IMG/VR virus record: IMGVR_UViG_3300036466_000273
Location: 1 to 64,000 of that record
DNA length: 64,000 nt
DNA from: a virus
Reading direction: 5' to 3' (one strand)
Shown here one piece after another: positions 29,261 through 38,359 of the stretch. The notes below the pieces were generated by a model. The model was given only the letters and a program-made list of their open reading frames with translations, did no database searches and was not told where the DNA came from. Numbering within the stretch: position 1 is the first letter of the stretch; every line of letters begins with the position of its first letter. The position numbers were made by a program, and so were the translations under genes.

Positions 29261-29334
29261 AGGGGTGTATTTCAATGGTAGAATAACGGTCTCCAAAACC
29301 GTAGATGGGGGTTCAACTCCTCCCACCCTTGCCA
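29261..29334 (+). tRNA. tRNA-Trp(CCA)
   Basis: ACGGT-CTCCAAA-ACCGT; GCCA. Confidence 0.95.
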
Positions 29335-29342
29335 AATACTTA

Positions 29343-29429
29343 GGGAAGGTGTGCCGAATTGGTGAAGGCAGCGGTCTGTAAAACCGTGACAGAGAAACGT
29401 TGATGGTTCAAGTCCATCCCTTCCCACCA
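29343..29429 (+). tRNA. tRNA-Tyr(GTA)
   Basis: GCGGT-CTGTAAA-ACCGT; long variable arm; ACCA. Confidence 0.95.
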
Positions 29430-29437
29430 TAATTAAA

Positions 29438-29530
29438 GGAGGGCTAAGTCCATAATTGGTATTGGCGCGGTCTTGAAAACCGTTGGGCGTTAATAGCGTT
29501 CTCAGAGTTCGAGTCTCTGGCTCTCCGCCA
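29438..29530 (+). tRNA. tRNA-Ser(TGA)
   Basis: GCGGT-CTTGAAA-ACCGT; long variable arm; GCCA. Confidence 0.95.
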
Positions 29531-29536
29531 AATTTA

Positions 29537-29623
29537 GGAAGAGTGTCCGAATTGGTAAGGAGCCCGACTGCTAATCGGGTAGGCGTAATAGCTTTGAAGG
29601 TTCGAGCCCTTCCTCTTCCGCCA
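29537..29623 (+). tRNA. tRNA-Ser(GCT)
   Basis: CCCGA-CTGCTAA-TCGGG; GCCA. Confidence 0.95.
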
Positions 29624-29633
29624 AATAAATTAT

Positions 29634-29705
29634 AGGGGTATAGTTCTAATTGGTCGAATTGCGGTTAACTTACCGTAGATGGGAGTTCGAATCTCCCTGC
29701 CCCTA
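29634..29705 (+). pseudogene. tRNA-like element with 6-nt anticodon loop and no encoded CCA
   Basis: Intact acceptor, D and T arms; GCGGT-TAACTT-ACCGT. Confidence 0.8.
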
Positions 29706-29715
29706 TACATTAAAT

Positions 29716-29814
29716 GCCCGACAAGCCTCTCCTTAGAATCTACTAGATGAAGTGAAGCTCAAATCGTGACCGAGCATAAACGGTATCGCCTGTAGGACGC
29801 TATAGGAATCGGGT
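29716..29814 (+). ncRNA. Candidate ~100-nt non-tRNA structured RNA inside the tRNA array
   Basis: Closing stem GCCCGA/TCGGGT, internal CCTGTAG-GACG-CTATAGG and GCTC/GAGC stems; AT-rich spacers like its tRNA neighbours. Confidence 0.6.
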
Positions 29815-29830
29815 TTTTCTAGCAATTTAT

Positions 29831-29907
29831 ACTACCGTAGCCCAACTGGCAGAGGCGCTAGATTTAGGCTCTAGTTGTTAGGAGTTCGACTCTCCTCGGT
29901 AGTACCA
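29831..29907 (+). tRNA. tRNA-Leu(TAG), short variable loop
   Basis: CTAGA-TTTAGGC-TCTAG; ACCA. Confidence 0.9.
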
Positions 29908-29914
29908 AATCTAT

Positions 29915-29988
29915 AGGGGTATAGCTCAATGGTAGAGCATTAGACTTTGAATCTAAGTATGTAGGTTCGATTCCTACTACCCCCTCCA
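29915..29988 (+). tRNA. tRNA-Gln(TTG)
   Basis: TTAGA-CTTTGAA-TCTAA; A1:C72 mismatch; CCA. Confidence 0.9.
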
Positions 29989-29995
29989 AATTTGC

Positions 29996-30072
29996 CGGAG
30001 TGTAACTCAGCTGGAGAGAGTGACGGATTACGAATCCGTAAGTCGTAGGTTCGAATCCTACCACTTCGGCCA
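29996..30072 (+). tRNA. tRNA-Arg(ACG)
   Basis: ACGGA-TTACGAA-TCCGT; GCCA. Confidence 0.95.
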
Positions 30073-30096
30073 TTAAATAAGTAGTACCAAATCTAT

Positions 30097-30172
30097 CGGA
30101 GTGTAGCTCAGTTGGGAGAGTAGCCGCCTTGGACGCGGGCAGTCGCAGGTTCGAGTCCTGCCACTCCGACCA
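30097..30172 (+). tRNA. tRNA-Pro(TGG)
   Basis: CCGC-CTTGGAC-GCGG; ACCA. Confidence 0.9.
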
Positions 30173-30230
30173 TTAAATAAGAGCTCTCCATCGTTCAGTA
30201 AAGGCTTTTGCTTGTTTGAGGGAGAATGGT

Positions 30231-30494
30231 GTGAAAAAAGAAGAAGTACAAAAAAAGGTAATGGCGGTAGGAGATGCAGTAATTACTTATCGAAGTAAAA
30301 ATTCTAACAAGCTGAAATACAATGTATGCACGTTAGACTTCGATAATAGCTACATCAAAAGCAAAGTACGAAAAGCTGAAGAATCAGAAGATACTATTCT
30401 ATTCTTTTGTTGGGATACTGACTCCTACCGGCTACTAAGACCTGAGTATATTACTAAGGTCGTGGCATTAACCTCTATCTTGAAAGGAGTATAA
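30231..30494 (+). CDS. Conserved T5-like SH3-fold protein
   Basis: YNVCTLDFDNxYI...FCWDTDSYRLL; synteny upstream of ligase. Confidence 0.7.
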   Translation: MKKEEVQKKVMAVGDAVITYRSKNSNKLKYNVCTLDFDNSYIKSKVRKAEESEDTILFFCWDTDSYRLLRPEYITKVVALTSILKGV

Positions 30495-30799
30495 TGGATG
30501 GTACAATAGAAGATAATGAAATCTTTTATCGTATTCTAAATGAAGATGAAAATGGGTTCAACCAGCTACGGTTAGTAGTTAATAGACTTAGAGGAATCGA
30601 ATATTTACATCTTAGAGAATACTATCTTGATTTCGATGGAGAATGGTGCCCAAGCCCTAGAGGACTAGCCACACCACTAGACTTAAATACAGTATCTGAA
30701 CTACTGATAGGGCTTGCAGAGATAATTTCACTAGCAGAATCTAGAGAAATTATCGAGGAGTACTTTGGAGATATTATTAATAATATCTACGAACAGTGA
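30494..30799 (+). CDS. PC4/p15-like ssDNA-binding transcription coactivator
   Basis: QLRLVVNxxRGxEYLHLRxYYLDFDGEWxPxxxG. Confidence 0.8.
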   Translation: MDGTIEDNEIFYRILNEDENGFNQLRLVVNRLRGIEYLHLREYYLDFDGEWCPSPRGLATPLDLNTVSELLIGLAEIISLAESREIIEEYFGDIINNIYEQ

Positions 30800-30808
30800 G
30801 GAGAGGGA

Positions 30809-31744
30809 ATGAAGGAATTTCTTGACAAAGCATCTACGGCTTACTATGAAGGGAGCCCTATTATATCAGATGAAGAATTTGATAGGCTTTCTAGAGCATG
30901 TAACTACCGAAGTGTAGGCTATTCAGTAGAAGGTGGTGTGGAACTCCCATACCGCCTCTACTCCCTTGAAACAATTTTTGAGGGAGAGTCTTATCCGATT
31001 GATATTAGTAGTAAATCTACGATAAAATCACCTAAATTGGATGGATTAGCAATAGCTCTAATATATGTACATGGTAATCTACTATCAATAATCACTAGAG
31101 GTGATTGTAAAGTTGGTAAAGATGTTAGCAGGCATATTCCTTCATTCCCTGTACCCAAAAGTATTAAAACTACGGAAGAGGTAGTACAGATTAATGGAGA
31201 GTTAGTCGCTCCCAAAGATATCCCCAGAGCACGTAATTATGCTTCTGGAGCAGTAGGGCTAAAAGATACTAAGGAATTTGCCACTAGAGACTTAACTTTT
31301 GTAGCTTATGGAATAATTCCATACCCAACTGATAACTTTTCTACCGATATGGAACTACTCAGAAGCCGAGGCTTCAAAACAGTTCTAGATGCGGAAGGTT
31401 TGAATAAATTTCCTACTGATGGGATTGTTTATCGCCTTAATAGTAATAAAAAGTATCTTGATGCTGGATTTACGGCGAGAGAGCCAAAAGGAGCTTTTGC
31501 TCTAAAAACTCTTAAAACTGGAATAACTACTACCTTAAAAGATGTTGTATGGCAGGTAGGGAAATCAGGTATAGTAAGTCCAGTAGCAATTCTAGAGCCT
31601 ATTGAAATTGACGGAGCAACAATTTCTAGAGCTACACTTCATAATATAAAATATATAGATGCTCTAGGCTTAGAAATTGGTTGTGATGTAGAAGTAATAC
31701 GTTCAGGAGACATTATTCCACGTATTGTACGAAGGGTTGATTAA
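30809..31744 (+). CDS. ligA: NAD-dependent DNA ligase subunit A (adenylation + OB)
   Basis: YYEGSPIISDEEFD, PKLDG, TRGD, TDGIV, RATLHN, RSGDIIP. Confidence 0.95.
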   Translation: MKEFLDKASTAYYEGSPIISDEEFDRLSRACNYRSVGYSVEGGVELPYRLYSLETIFEGESYPIDISSKSTIKSPKLDGLAIALIYVHGNLLSIITRGDCKVGKDVSRHIPSFPVPKSIKTTEEVVQINGELVAPKDIPRARNYASGAVGLKDTKEFATRDLTFVAYGIIPYPTDNFSTDMELLRSRGFKTVLDAEGLNKFPTDGIVYRLNSNKKYLDAGFTAREPKGAFALKTLKTGITTTLKDVVWQVGKSGIVSPVAILEPIEIDGATISRATLHNIKYIDALGLEIGCDVEVIRSGDIIPRIVRRVD

Positions 31745-31763
31745 ACCTATCAAAAAATTATAC

Positions 31764-31792
31764 TTGACTTTTTCCTCGAATATTAGTATAAT
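31764..31792 (+). promoter_or_regulatory. Promoter between the two ligase halves
   Basis: TTGACT-17-TATAAT. Confidence 0.85.
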
Positions 31793-31801
31793 ATAAAAAT
31801 A

Positions 31802-32575
31802 ATGAAAGTTGAGGCTATGAAGGAAATTATTCCACCTACAAATTGCCCCGAGTGTAATAGCAACCTACTATGGGTTAATGACCAGTTATATTGTAAAAAT
31901 TCAAGTTGTCCGGCTATAACACTGAAAGCCTTGCAACATTTTACTAAAACTGCGAAAATAAAGGGATTAGGAGAAGCTTCACTCCTAAAACTGGAAATTA
32001 ATAGCATAGTAGAGCTTTACCAACTTTCAAAGGAAGACTTTATTGATGCTTTAGGTGAGAAAAACGGTACTAAGTGTTACAATGAGTTGGAGAAATCGAA
32101 AAAACTCCCCCTCAACATGCTTTTACCTGCTTTCAACATCCCTTTAATTGGCAATACTGCTTCTAGTAAAATCTGTTCTAAAGTTTCACATATTGATGAA
32201 ATAACAGAAAGCTCTCTTAAAGACGCAGGAATCGGACCGAAAGCATCAGCAAATTTGTTAAACTGGCTTAATAAAGTATATAAGCCAATGTATGAGAATA
32301 TTCTACCGTTTGATTTTAAATCATCCAATGTCGTAGAGACTAACACTGAGGACTCCAAAGGTACAGTTTGCATAACAGGGAAGCTTAAGACTTTCAAAAC
32401 CAAAGCGGAAGCAGAGCAAGCTTTACACAATAAAGGATACTCCACAGTTCCTAGGATGACAAAAGCAGTAGATATTCTAGTCAATGAGAGCGGAATAGAA
32501 TCCGCAAAAACCGAGAAAGCCAGAGAATCTGGCGTAACTATTGTTACAAACCTTAACCAACTTTTAGGAGACTGA
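31802..32575 (+). CDS. ligB: NAD-dependent DNA ligase subunit B (Zn finger, HhH, BRCT)
   Basis: PTNCPEC..LYCxNxxC, IKGLG, VCITGKL; T5-type split ligase. Confidence 0.9.
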   Translation: MKVEAMKEIIPPTNCPECNSNLLWVNDQLYCKNSSCPAITLKALQHFTKTAKIKGLGEASLLKLEINSIVELYQLSKEDFIDALGEKNGTKCYNELEKSKKLPLNMLLPAFNIPLIGNTASSKICSKVSHIDEITESSLKDAGIGPKASANLLNWLNKVYKPMYENILPFDFKSSNVVETNTEDSKGTVCITGKLKTFKTKAEAEQALHNKGYSTVPRMTKAVDILVNESGIESAKTEKARESGVTIVTNLNQLLGD

Positions 32576-32580
32576 TTAAA

Positions 32581-33315
32581 ATGGCAAAAACTACACAAAA
32601 ATGGACTGAAGAGCGTACTGCACAACTTACTAACATCTTTCCGGAAGGAACATATGTTACTCAAGAAGATGTAGCAAAAGCTGCTGACGCTCTCGAGACC
32701 TCTGCTCGTTCTGTATCTAGTAAACTTCGTAAGCTGGGCTATGATGTTCAGCTGGCATCTGAAGTAGCTAAGAGCAAAGCATTTTCAGAGGAAGATGAAG
32801 CTAAGCTGAAAGAGCTGCTTACTAATAACCAAGGTACCTTTACCTACGGTGAACTTGCAGAGCAGCTTGGTGGGGATTTCACCGCTAAAAAAGTGCAGGG
32901 CAAAGTTCTTAGTATGGAACTTACCGACTTTGTACGCCCTACCCCGAAGGTAGAAGCTGCTAAAAAGTACACTGATGAAGAGCAGGCTACTTTTGTACAG
33001 ATGGTACAGGACGGTGCTTTCATTGAAGAAATCGCTGAGAAGCTTGGTCGTGCTACTAACTCCATTCGTGGTAAGGCTCTCAGCCTTCTTCGTTCTGGTG
33101 AAATTGATGCTATTCCTAAGCAGAAGGAGTCAAAAGCAGTTGAGTCTGTTGATGCTCTTGCAGACCTTGGAGACAAAGTAGCTGAGATGACTGTAGCAGA
33201 GATTGCAGAAGCTATTGGGAAGACTGAGCGTGGTGTAAAAACAATGCTTACTCGTCGTGGTATTTCTGCCTCTGACTATGACGGTGCTGCCAAAGCTGAG
33301 AAAAAAAGCAGATAA
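32581..33315 (+). CDS. D5: T5 D5 DNA-binding transcription regulator
   Basis: RSVSSKLRKLGYDV, VQGKVLSMELT, SIRGKALSLLRSGEI, GKTERGVKTMLTRRGI..DYDG. Confidence 0.9.
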   Translation: MAKTTQKWTEERTAQLTNIFPEGTYVTQEDVAKAADALETSARSVSSKLRKLGYDVQLASEVAKSKAFSEEDEAKLKELLTNNQGTFTYGELAEQLGGDFTAKKVQGKVLSMELTDFVRPTPKVEAAKKYTDEEQATFVQMVQDGAFIEEIAEKLGRATNSIRGKALSLLRSGEIDAIPKQKESKAVESVDALADLGDKVAEMTVAEIAEAIGKTERGVKTMLTRRGISASDYDGAAKAEKKSR

Positions 33316-33327
33316 GTAATTGTATTA

Positions 33328-33353
33328 TAGGGAGGGGTACTTTACCCCTCCCT
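33328..33353 (+). terminator. GC-rich hairpin after D5
   Basis: AGGGAGGGGTA-CTT-TACCCCTCCCT; weak U tract. Confidence 0.55.
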
Positions 33354-33375
33354 GCCTTAAATCGGGGAGCCTCTT

Positions 33376-34740
33376 TTGAATATAACACAAGTATTTCTTA
33401 AAAAAGTTATATCAGAGGTGGATTCTGACACTTGGGCACAGGTAAGGCCTCACTATCTGCCTGCTGAATATCACAGTGTTTATAAAATTATAAATAAATA
33501 CTTTGAAGACCACAGTAGGCTTCCTTCCTTTGATGCACTAAAGCTCTCCGTCAGAAGCGATGTTGTATTAAATAAAATATATGCTATATCTTTAGCAGAG
33601 GATGTTGACCTTCCAAACTCTGAATTGTTAGAGTATGTTAAGAATCAATATGCTCAAGAGGAGATACTGGACCAAATATCTAAATATCTTGAAGAGTCTA
33701 TAATGATAGATTCTGCTAAAGATAATATAACACACCTTTCAAATATAATTGCTCATGTCGAAGATAGGGTTGATATGAAAGACCCGGAGGAGGACATGAA
33801 CAGAATAGAGTTATTTGATTCCGAGGAAGACCTTAGTAAAGCATTCTCGCTTGGGTTGAACTCTGACTTTGACTCTAAATTTAAGTTCGGCTGTACCGAT
33901 TATATACTTATTGGTGGTGTTAGAGGTACGGGTAAGTCCCTTACTTGCTCTAATATAGCTGTCCATGCGTATGAACAGTTGCAGCGTTCTTCAATATATT
34001 TCACAATAGAGATGACACCTAGGGCTGTACTACAGCGCAACTGTGCTATAGCTACAGGTATTCCAGCCTCTAAAATGCGAAGCAAAACTTTATCAGTAGA
34101 AGAATGGCGTATTGTTGCTAAATGGTGGTCTGGTCGCTTTACTGATGGAGAAAAGGCTTATGAAAAATACCTACAACATCGTAGTTTTGACGAACTACAC
34201 GGAGACTTAGCTAGGCTCCCTCTTTTAGAAGAAAAACAACTTGATATCGTTTACGATCCGTCTATGACGCTAGCAACGATAAGGAGCGAACTTGATAAAA
34301 AGGTAGAGCGATTAAAACCTGCCGTTATCTTAGTGGACTATGTCAACCAAGTGAGTAGATTTGGTCATAGGAAAATGGGACAATATGATTGGACAGAACA
34401 GATTGAGGTTTCAAAAGCTTTAAAAGCTATAGCCCAAGAATACCAGATTCCTGTAGTATCACCTTACCAAATCGATGCAACAGGGGAAGCTAGATTCGCG
34501 AAAGGGTTACTAGACTCAGCGGATGCGGCTTTCACACTAGACGCACACAAGAAAGAAGACGAATGCATAACTTTCAAGTGTGCTAAGATGAGAGATAACG
34601 AAGAGGTTGATTTTACTTCTAAAATGAATTGGTCTACATTGAAGATGGGGCCTGAACCAGCACAACTACCGGAAAAAGAAACAAAAGAGAAATCTTCAAA
34701 ATCTAATAATTCCACTGGGGAGGATGTCTACGATTTATAA
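33376..34740 (+). CDS. D6: DnaB-like replicative helicase (T5 D6)
   Basis: GGVRGTGKS Walker A, FTIEM, VDYVNQV, ARFAKGLLD. Confidence 0.9.
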   Translation: MNITQVFLKKVISEVDSDTWAQVRPHYLPAEYHSVYKIINKYFEDHSRLPSFDALKLSVRSDVVLNKIYAISLAEDVDLPNSELLEYVKNQYAQEEILDQISKYLEESIMIDSAKDNITHLSNIIAHVEDRVDMKDPEEDMNRIELFDSEEDLSKAFSLGLNSDFDSKFKFGCTDYILIGGVRGTGKSLTCSNIAVHAYEQLQRSSIYFTIEMTPRAVLQRNCAIATGIPASKMRSKTLSVEEWRIVAKWWSGRFTDGEKAYEKYLQHRSFDELHGDLARLPLLEEKQLDIVYDPSMTLATIRSELDKKVERLKPAVILVDYVNQVSRFGHRKMGQYDWTEQIEVSKALKAIAQEYQIPVVSPYQIDATGEARFAKGLLDSADAAFTLDAHKKEDECITFKCAKMRDNEEVDFTSKMNWSTLKMGPEPAQLPEKETKEKSSKSNNSTGEDVYDL

Positions 34741-34784
34741 AGGCTCGAATATCTTATAATAAAGGTTTCGAGCCTTTATTTTTT
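34739..34784 (+). terminator. Possible intrinsic terminator
   Basis: AAAGGCTCGAA...TTCGAGCCTTT followed by T tract. Confidence 0.6.
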
Positions 34785-34796
34785 GCAGGAGAAGTT

Positions 34797-35633
34797 ATGA
34801 ATGTAAAAGAGCTACTAGATAAAAAGAAAATATATCATAAAACCTCTGGTAGAGATTTTGTCATTAATTGTCTCAACCCAGAGCATGACGACTCCAATCC
34901 TAGTATGCGAGTTGACCAAGTTCTAGGAATATTCCACTGTCTCTCATGCGGGTACAAAGGTAATATCTTTCATTATTTTGGGGAAAAATTCAATAAGATT
35001 GACACCGCCAGAGAGACACTACATCGCAAAATTGAAGATATCCGCGCCGAGTCAGTAGGATTGAGATTTCCCGAAGATTACGCATTACTAGAAACGGATT
35101 ATCGTGTGTCAGTAGAAACTCTACGAGAATTCGAAGCCTTTAGATCTTCTAGTAAAGACTACTCTAACCGTATAATCTTTCCGATACGGGATTTGAAAGA
35201 TAAGATAGTGTGTTTCATAGGGCGTTCAGAAGACCCCTATGAAAAGAAACAAAAGTACAAAATCTATCCTAATAGAGCTAAAGTTCCTCTTTTCCCGCTC
35301 AGCAAAGCTGTGCCCTTGCAGGGCAAATTCTTGCTAGTCGAGGGACTATTTGACATGCTTAACTTATGGGACAATGGGTATAGAAATGTTGTCTGTTCCT
35401 TTGGCACAAGTACTGTTTCTAAGGAAAAAATAGAATTACTAAAAATGATGGGTGCAACAGGAATTGACATTTGTTTCGACCCAGACGATGCAGGACAGGC
35501 AGCTGCAGAAAAAGTAAAAGAGCTAATTGAAGAACAAGAAATGGACGTACGAAATATTAATCTAAGGGATACCGACCCGGGAGATTTAACACCAAATCGG
35601 GCATCCAGACTAAAGGAAAAATTGTATGGCTAA
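34797..35633 (+). CDS. DNA primase
   Basis: CLNPEHDDSNPS..CLSCG zinc finger; VEGLFD and FDPDDAG Toprim motifs. Confidence 0.95.
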   Translation: MNVKELLDKKKIYHKTSGRDFVINCLNPEHDDSNPSMRVDQVLGIFHCLSCGYKGNIFHYFGEKFNKIDTARETLHRKIEDIRAESVGLRFPEDYALLETDYRVSVETLREFEAFRSSSKDYSNRIIFPIRDLKDKIVCFIGRSEDPYEKKQKYKIYPNRAKVPLFPLSKAVPLQGKFLLVEGLFDMLNLWDNGYRNVVCSFGTSTVSKEKIELLKMMGATGIDICFDPDDAGQAAAEKVKELIEEQEMDVRNINLRDTDPGDLTPNRASRLKEKLYG

Positions 35634-37893
35634 AGTAGCAATAGTTGAAGTTAAACCTAGTAAGAATGACTATAAAGAACTTTTCAATAATGAGTTTGAA
35701 TTCGATCTTTATAGGCTTACTTCTAATCCAGACTTGAAAAAAGTATTACGTAAAGATGTTGATATTGATATCAACACAGATGAGTACGAATTTGTAATTT
35801 TAGTTGGGTCTGAGTCTCTAAAGTATTTTACAAAGTACACAGCAATTACTTCTTATTCAGGAAGATTAGTAGATGATAAATTTCTTCCAGTTTTGAACCC
35901 AGCAATGATTAGGTTTAAGCCAGAAGCTAAAAAACCTTGGATTGAAGCTAGAAACAAGATTATTAAGTATGTGAAAGGTGAAGCTTCCGAGGCTGAAATT
36001 GATAGAAGCCAATTCATCGGTATAGAAGATGAAGAGGAAGCATTGAAATACGTAAAAAATGCTATAAACTATGACGATGATGTTATAGGGCTTGACTCTG
36101 AAACATCTGCGTTGTACCCTCGAAATGGGGAAATTCTTGGCATATCTCTGACGTATAAGCCCGACTCTGGGGCTTACATCTCAGCGGATTGCATATCCCC
36201 TGAGGTAGAAGAAGCTCTACAAATGCTCTTTGATAAAAAGGCTGTAGTCTTTCATAACGCTAAATTCGACCTCGCTTTTTTTGAATATCATTTTGGCTTT
36301 AAGTTTCCTAACTTTCAAGATACAATGTTGATGCATTATACTCTTGATGAAACTCAAGGTAGTCATGGTCTAAAAGAATTAGCGATGAAGTTCACTAAGT
36401 ACGGAGACTATGAGCAGGAGTTAGTAGAGTGGCGAGAAAATTATTGTAGAAAGAATAGAATTAGAAAAGGGGATTTTACTTATGATTTGATTCCTTTTGA
36501 TGTAATGTATTTCTATGCTGCCGTTGATGCTTGTGTTACGTATATGTTGTATAAGAAGTTCAAATCCTATTTGGACAGGAATGAGCGTCTTACTAATGTA
36601 TACAGAAACATTCTACTGCCAGGCTGTAGGTTCTTAACAGATATTCAAGATAATGGGGTTCCTTTCGATAAAGATAGGTTGCTATTCTCTCAAAAAATGA
36701 TGGAAGAGCAGATTGCTGCAGCAGTAGAAGGTCTATCTAAATTTCCAGAAATCGCTAAAATGGAAGAAGATACTGGAAAACAGTTTAACCCTAATAGCAC
36801 TGTTCAGCTCAGGAAACTATTGTTTGATTATGTAGGTCTTAAGCCCACAGGTAAACTAACTGGTAAGGGAGCACATTCTACAGATTCTGAAGTACTTGAA
36901 CAGCTTTCAGAAAAACATGAGATTCCGAAGTATATTCTAGAACTAAGGAAAAGTTTGAAGATTAAATCCACTTATATTGATAAAATTATACCTCAGCTTG
37001 ATAGAGATAGTAGATTAAGAACTAATTTTAATCTTCATATGACTACCAGTGGGAGGCTGTCTTCTTCAGGTAAGCTTAATATGCAGCAACTTCCTCGCGA
37101 TAACCCTACTGTCAAGGGTTGTATAAAAGCAAGACCAGGGTATAAAATTGTTGCAATGGACTTAACCACAGCAGAGATGTATTATGCAGCAGTTCTTTCC
37201 GATGACCTTGCACTGCAAGATGTATTTAAAAGTGGAGGAGACTTTCACTCCGCGATTGCTAAGAAAGTGTTCAATCTTAAATGTCCGGTAGAAGAGGTTG
37301 CCGAATCACACTCCGAGCTTCGTCAAGCCTGTAAGGCTATTTCCTTCGGAATCCTTTACGGGGCTTCTCCACAAAAGATAGCCGATACAGCAGGTTTATC
37401 AGTAAGTAAAGCCAAACAAGTTATTGATGATTATTTTGGAACTTTTTGGAAATTGAAAGAATGGATTGATGAGACTAGAGATTTTATCCAAACAAATGCC
37501 TACGTCTATTCTCCCTTTGGTCGAAAACGTAGACTCCCAAATGTTAAATCCTCAGATAGAGGGATTGTCGGTCATGAACTTAGATCGGGCTTAAATTTTA
37601 TAATTCAGTCGGTTAGTTCAGATATTAACCTACTAGCTGGTATTGATACACATAATGAGATAAAAGAGAAAAATATGGGAGCTAAAATCTTTGCTTTGGT
37701 ACATGACTCTATACTAGCAGAAGTCCCAGAAGAAGAAGTAGATGAATATTGTACAATGCTTGAATATCATACCCAAAAGGACAGAGGGGTAGGTATCCCA
37801 GGCACTCCAGTAGGATGTGACTTCGATATTGCGGACGACTACTCGCTAGGCAAGTTTGAGAAATTTTATGCAGATAGACTACAGGCAGCTTAA
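35626..37893 (+). CDS. Family A DNA polymerase (T5-type)
   Basis: DSET, HNAKFD exo motifs; TSGRLSS, DLTTAE, RQACKAISFGILYG, VHDS. Confidence 0.97.
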   Translation: MAKVAIVEVKPSKNDYKELFNNEFEFDLYRLTSNPDLKKVLRKDVDIDINTDEYEFVILVGSESLKYFTKYTAITSYSGRLVDDKFLPVLNPAMIRFKPEAKKPWIEARNKIIKYVKGEASEAEIDRSQFIGIEDEEEALKYVKNAINYDDDVIGLDSETSALYPRNGEILGISLTYKPDSGAYISADCISPEVEEALQMLFDKKAVVFHNAKFDLAFFEYHFGFKFPNFQDTMLMHYTLDETQGSHGLKELAMKFTKYGDYEQELVEWRENYCRKNRIRKGDFTYDLIPFDVMYFYAAVDACVTYMLYKKFKSYLDRNERLTNVYRNILLPGCRFLTDIQDNGVPFDKDRLLFSQKMMEEQIAAAVEGLSKFPEIAKMEEDTGKQFNPNSTVQLRKLLFDYVGLKPTGKLTGKGAHSTDSEVLEQLSEKHEIPKYILELRKSLKIKSTYIDKIIPQLDRDSRLRTNFNLHMTTSGRLSSSGKLNMQQLPRDNPTVKGCIKARPGYKIVAMDLTTAEMYYAAVLSDDLALQDVFKSGGDFHSAIAKKVFNLKCPVEEVAESHSELRQACKAISFGILYGASPQKIADTAGLSVSKAKQVIDDYFGTFWKLKEWIDETRDFIQTNAYVYSPFGRKRRLPNVKSSDRGIVGHELRSGLNFIIQSVSSDINLLAGIDTHNEIKEKNMGAKIFALVHDSILAEVPEEEVDEYCTMLEYHTQKDRGVGIPGTPVGCDFDIADDYSLGKFEKFYADRLQAA

Positions 37894-38359
37894 AACTATA
37901 AAATTTCCGATATATCCTCTCCCATCAGATAATATAGAAGAGATGGATGGATTAGTATTTGAGGGCGGTTTCGTTGTAGATGATAAAAACCAAGAGGGGA
38001 AAACTTTAGGGATTCGCAGACTACAAAGTCCATATGAACTTCTTCCGCTTAGACGCTGTTATTACGAGGTTGCAGGGTTGATGCGTTCAAAAAATAGAGT
38101 ATTTATAGATTCAGAAGGAAAAGTTTTTAAGTACCAAAAAACTAAAATGATGTCTGTAAAACCTCATAAAATATTAAAAGTAATTCCTAAAGATACATAT
38201 TCAGTAGTAAAACTATCAAATATCTCCAATGGATTTATCATTCCGAGACCGCCCTCTCCTGGGTTAGAGTGGGCGTCAGTATTATACCTAAACAGATTTC
38301 CTTGGCTAATTTATGAATTTACTGAGGAGCAGGAACCTATAAAGAAAAGGAAGATTTAA
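37868..38359 (+). CDS. Conserved T5-like hypothetical protein downstream of polymerase
   Basis: FPIY..VVDDKN..GxTLGxRRLQ..FIDSxG; synteny. Confidence 0.75.
   Translation: MQIDYRQLKTIKFPIYPLPSDNIEEMDGLVFEGGFVVDDKNQEGKTLGIRRLQSPYELLPLRRCYYEVAGLMRSKNRVFIDSEGKVFKYQKTKMMSVKPHKILKVIPKDTYSVVKLSNISNGFIIPRPPSPGLEWASVLYLNRFPWLIYEFTEEQEPIKKRKI

Noticed and set aside
29716-29814. Hammerhead or theta/HDV-like ribozyme
   Set aside because: CTAGATGA is not the CUGAUGA core and no GAAA partner is placed correctly; stem order does not fit the HDV fold
25359-29907. tRNAs with TAA/TAG anticodons as stop suppressors or sign of recoding
   Set aside because: These anticodons read Leu codons TTA/CTA; core genes are intact in the standard code and all three stops are used
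29864-30073. 69-aa minus-strand ORF
   Set aside because: Antisense shadow of the Leu, Gln and Arg tRNA genes
30809-32575. Split DNA ligase as a novelty or frameshift
   Set aside because: A two-gene NAD ligase is an established T5-family feature
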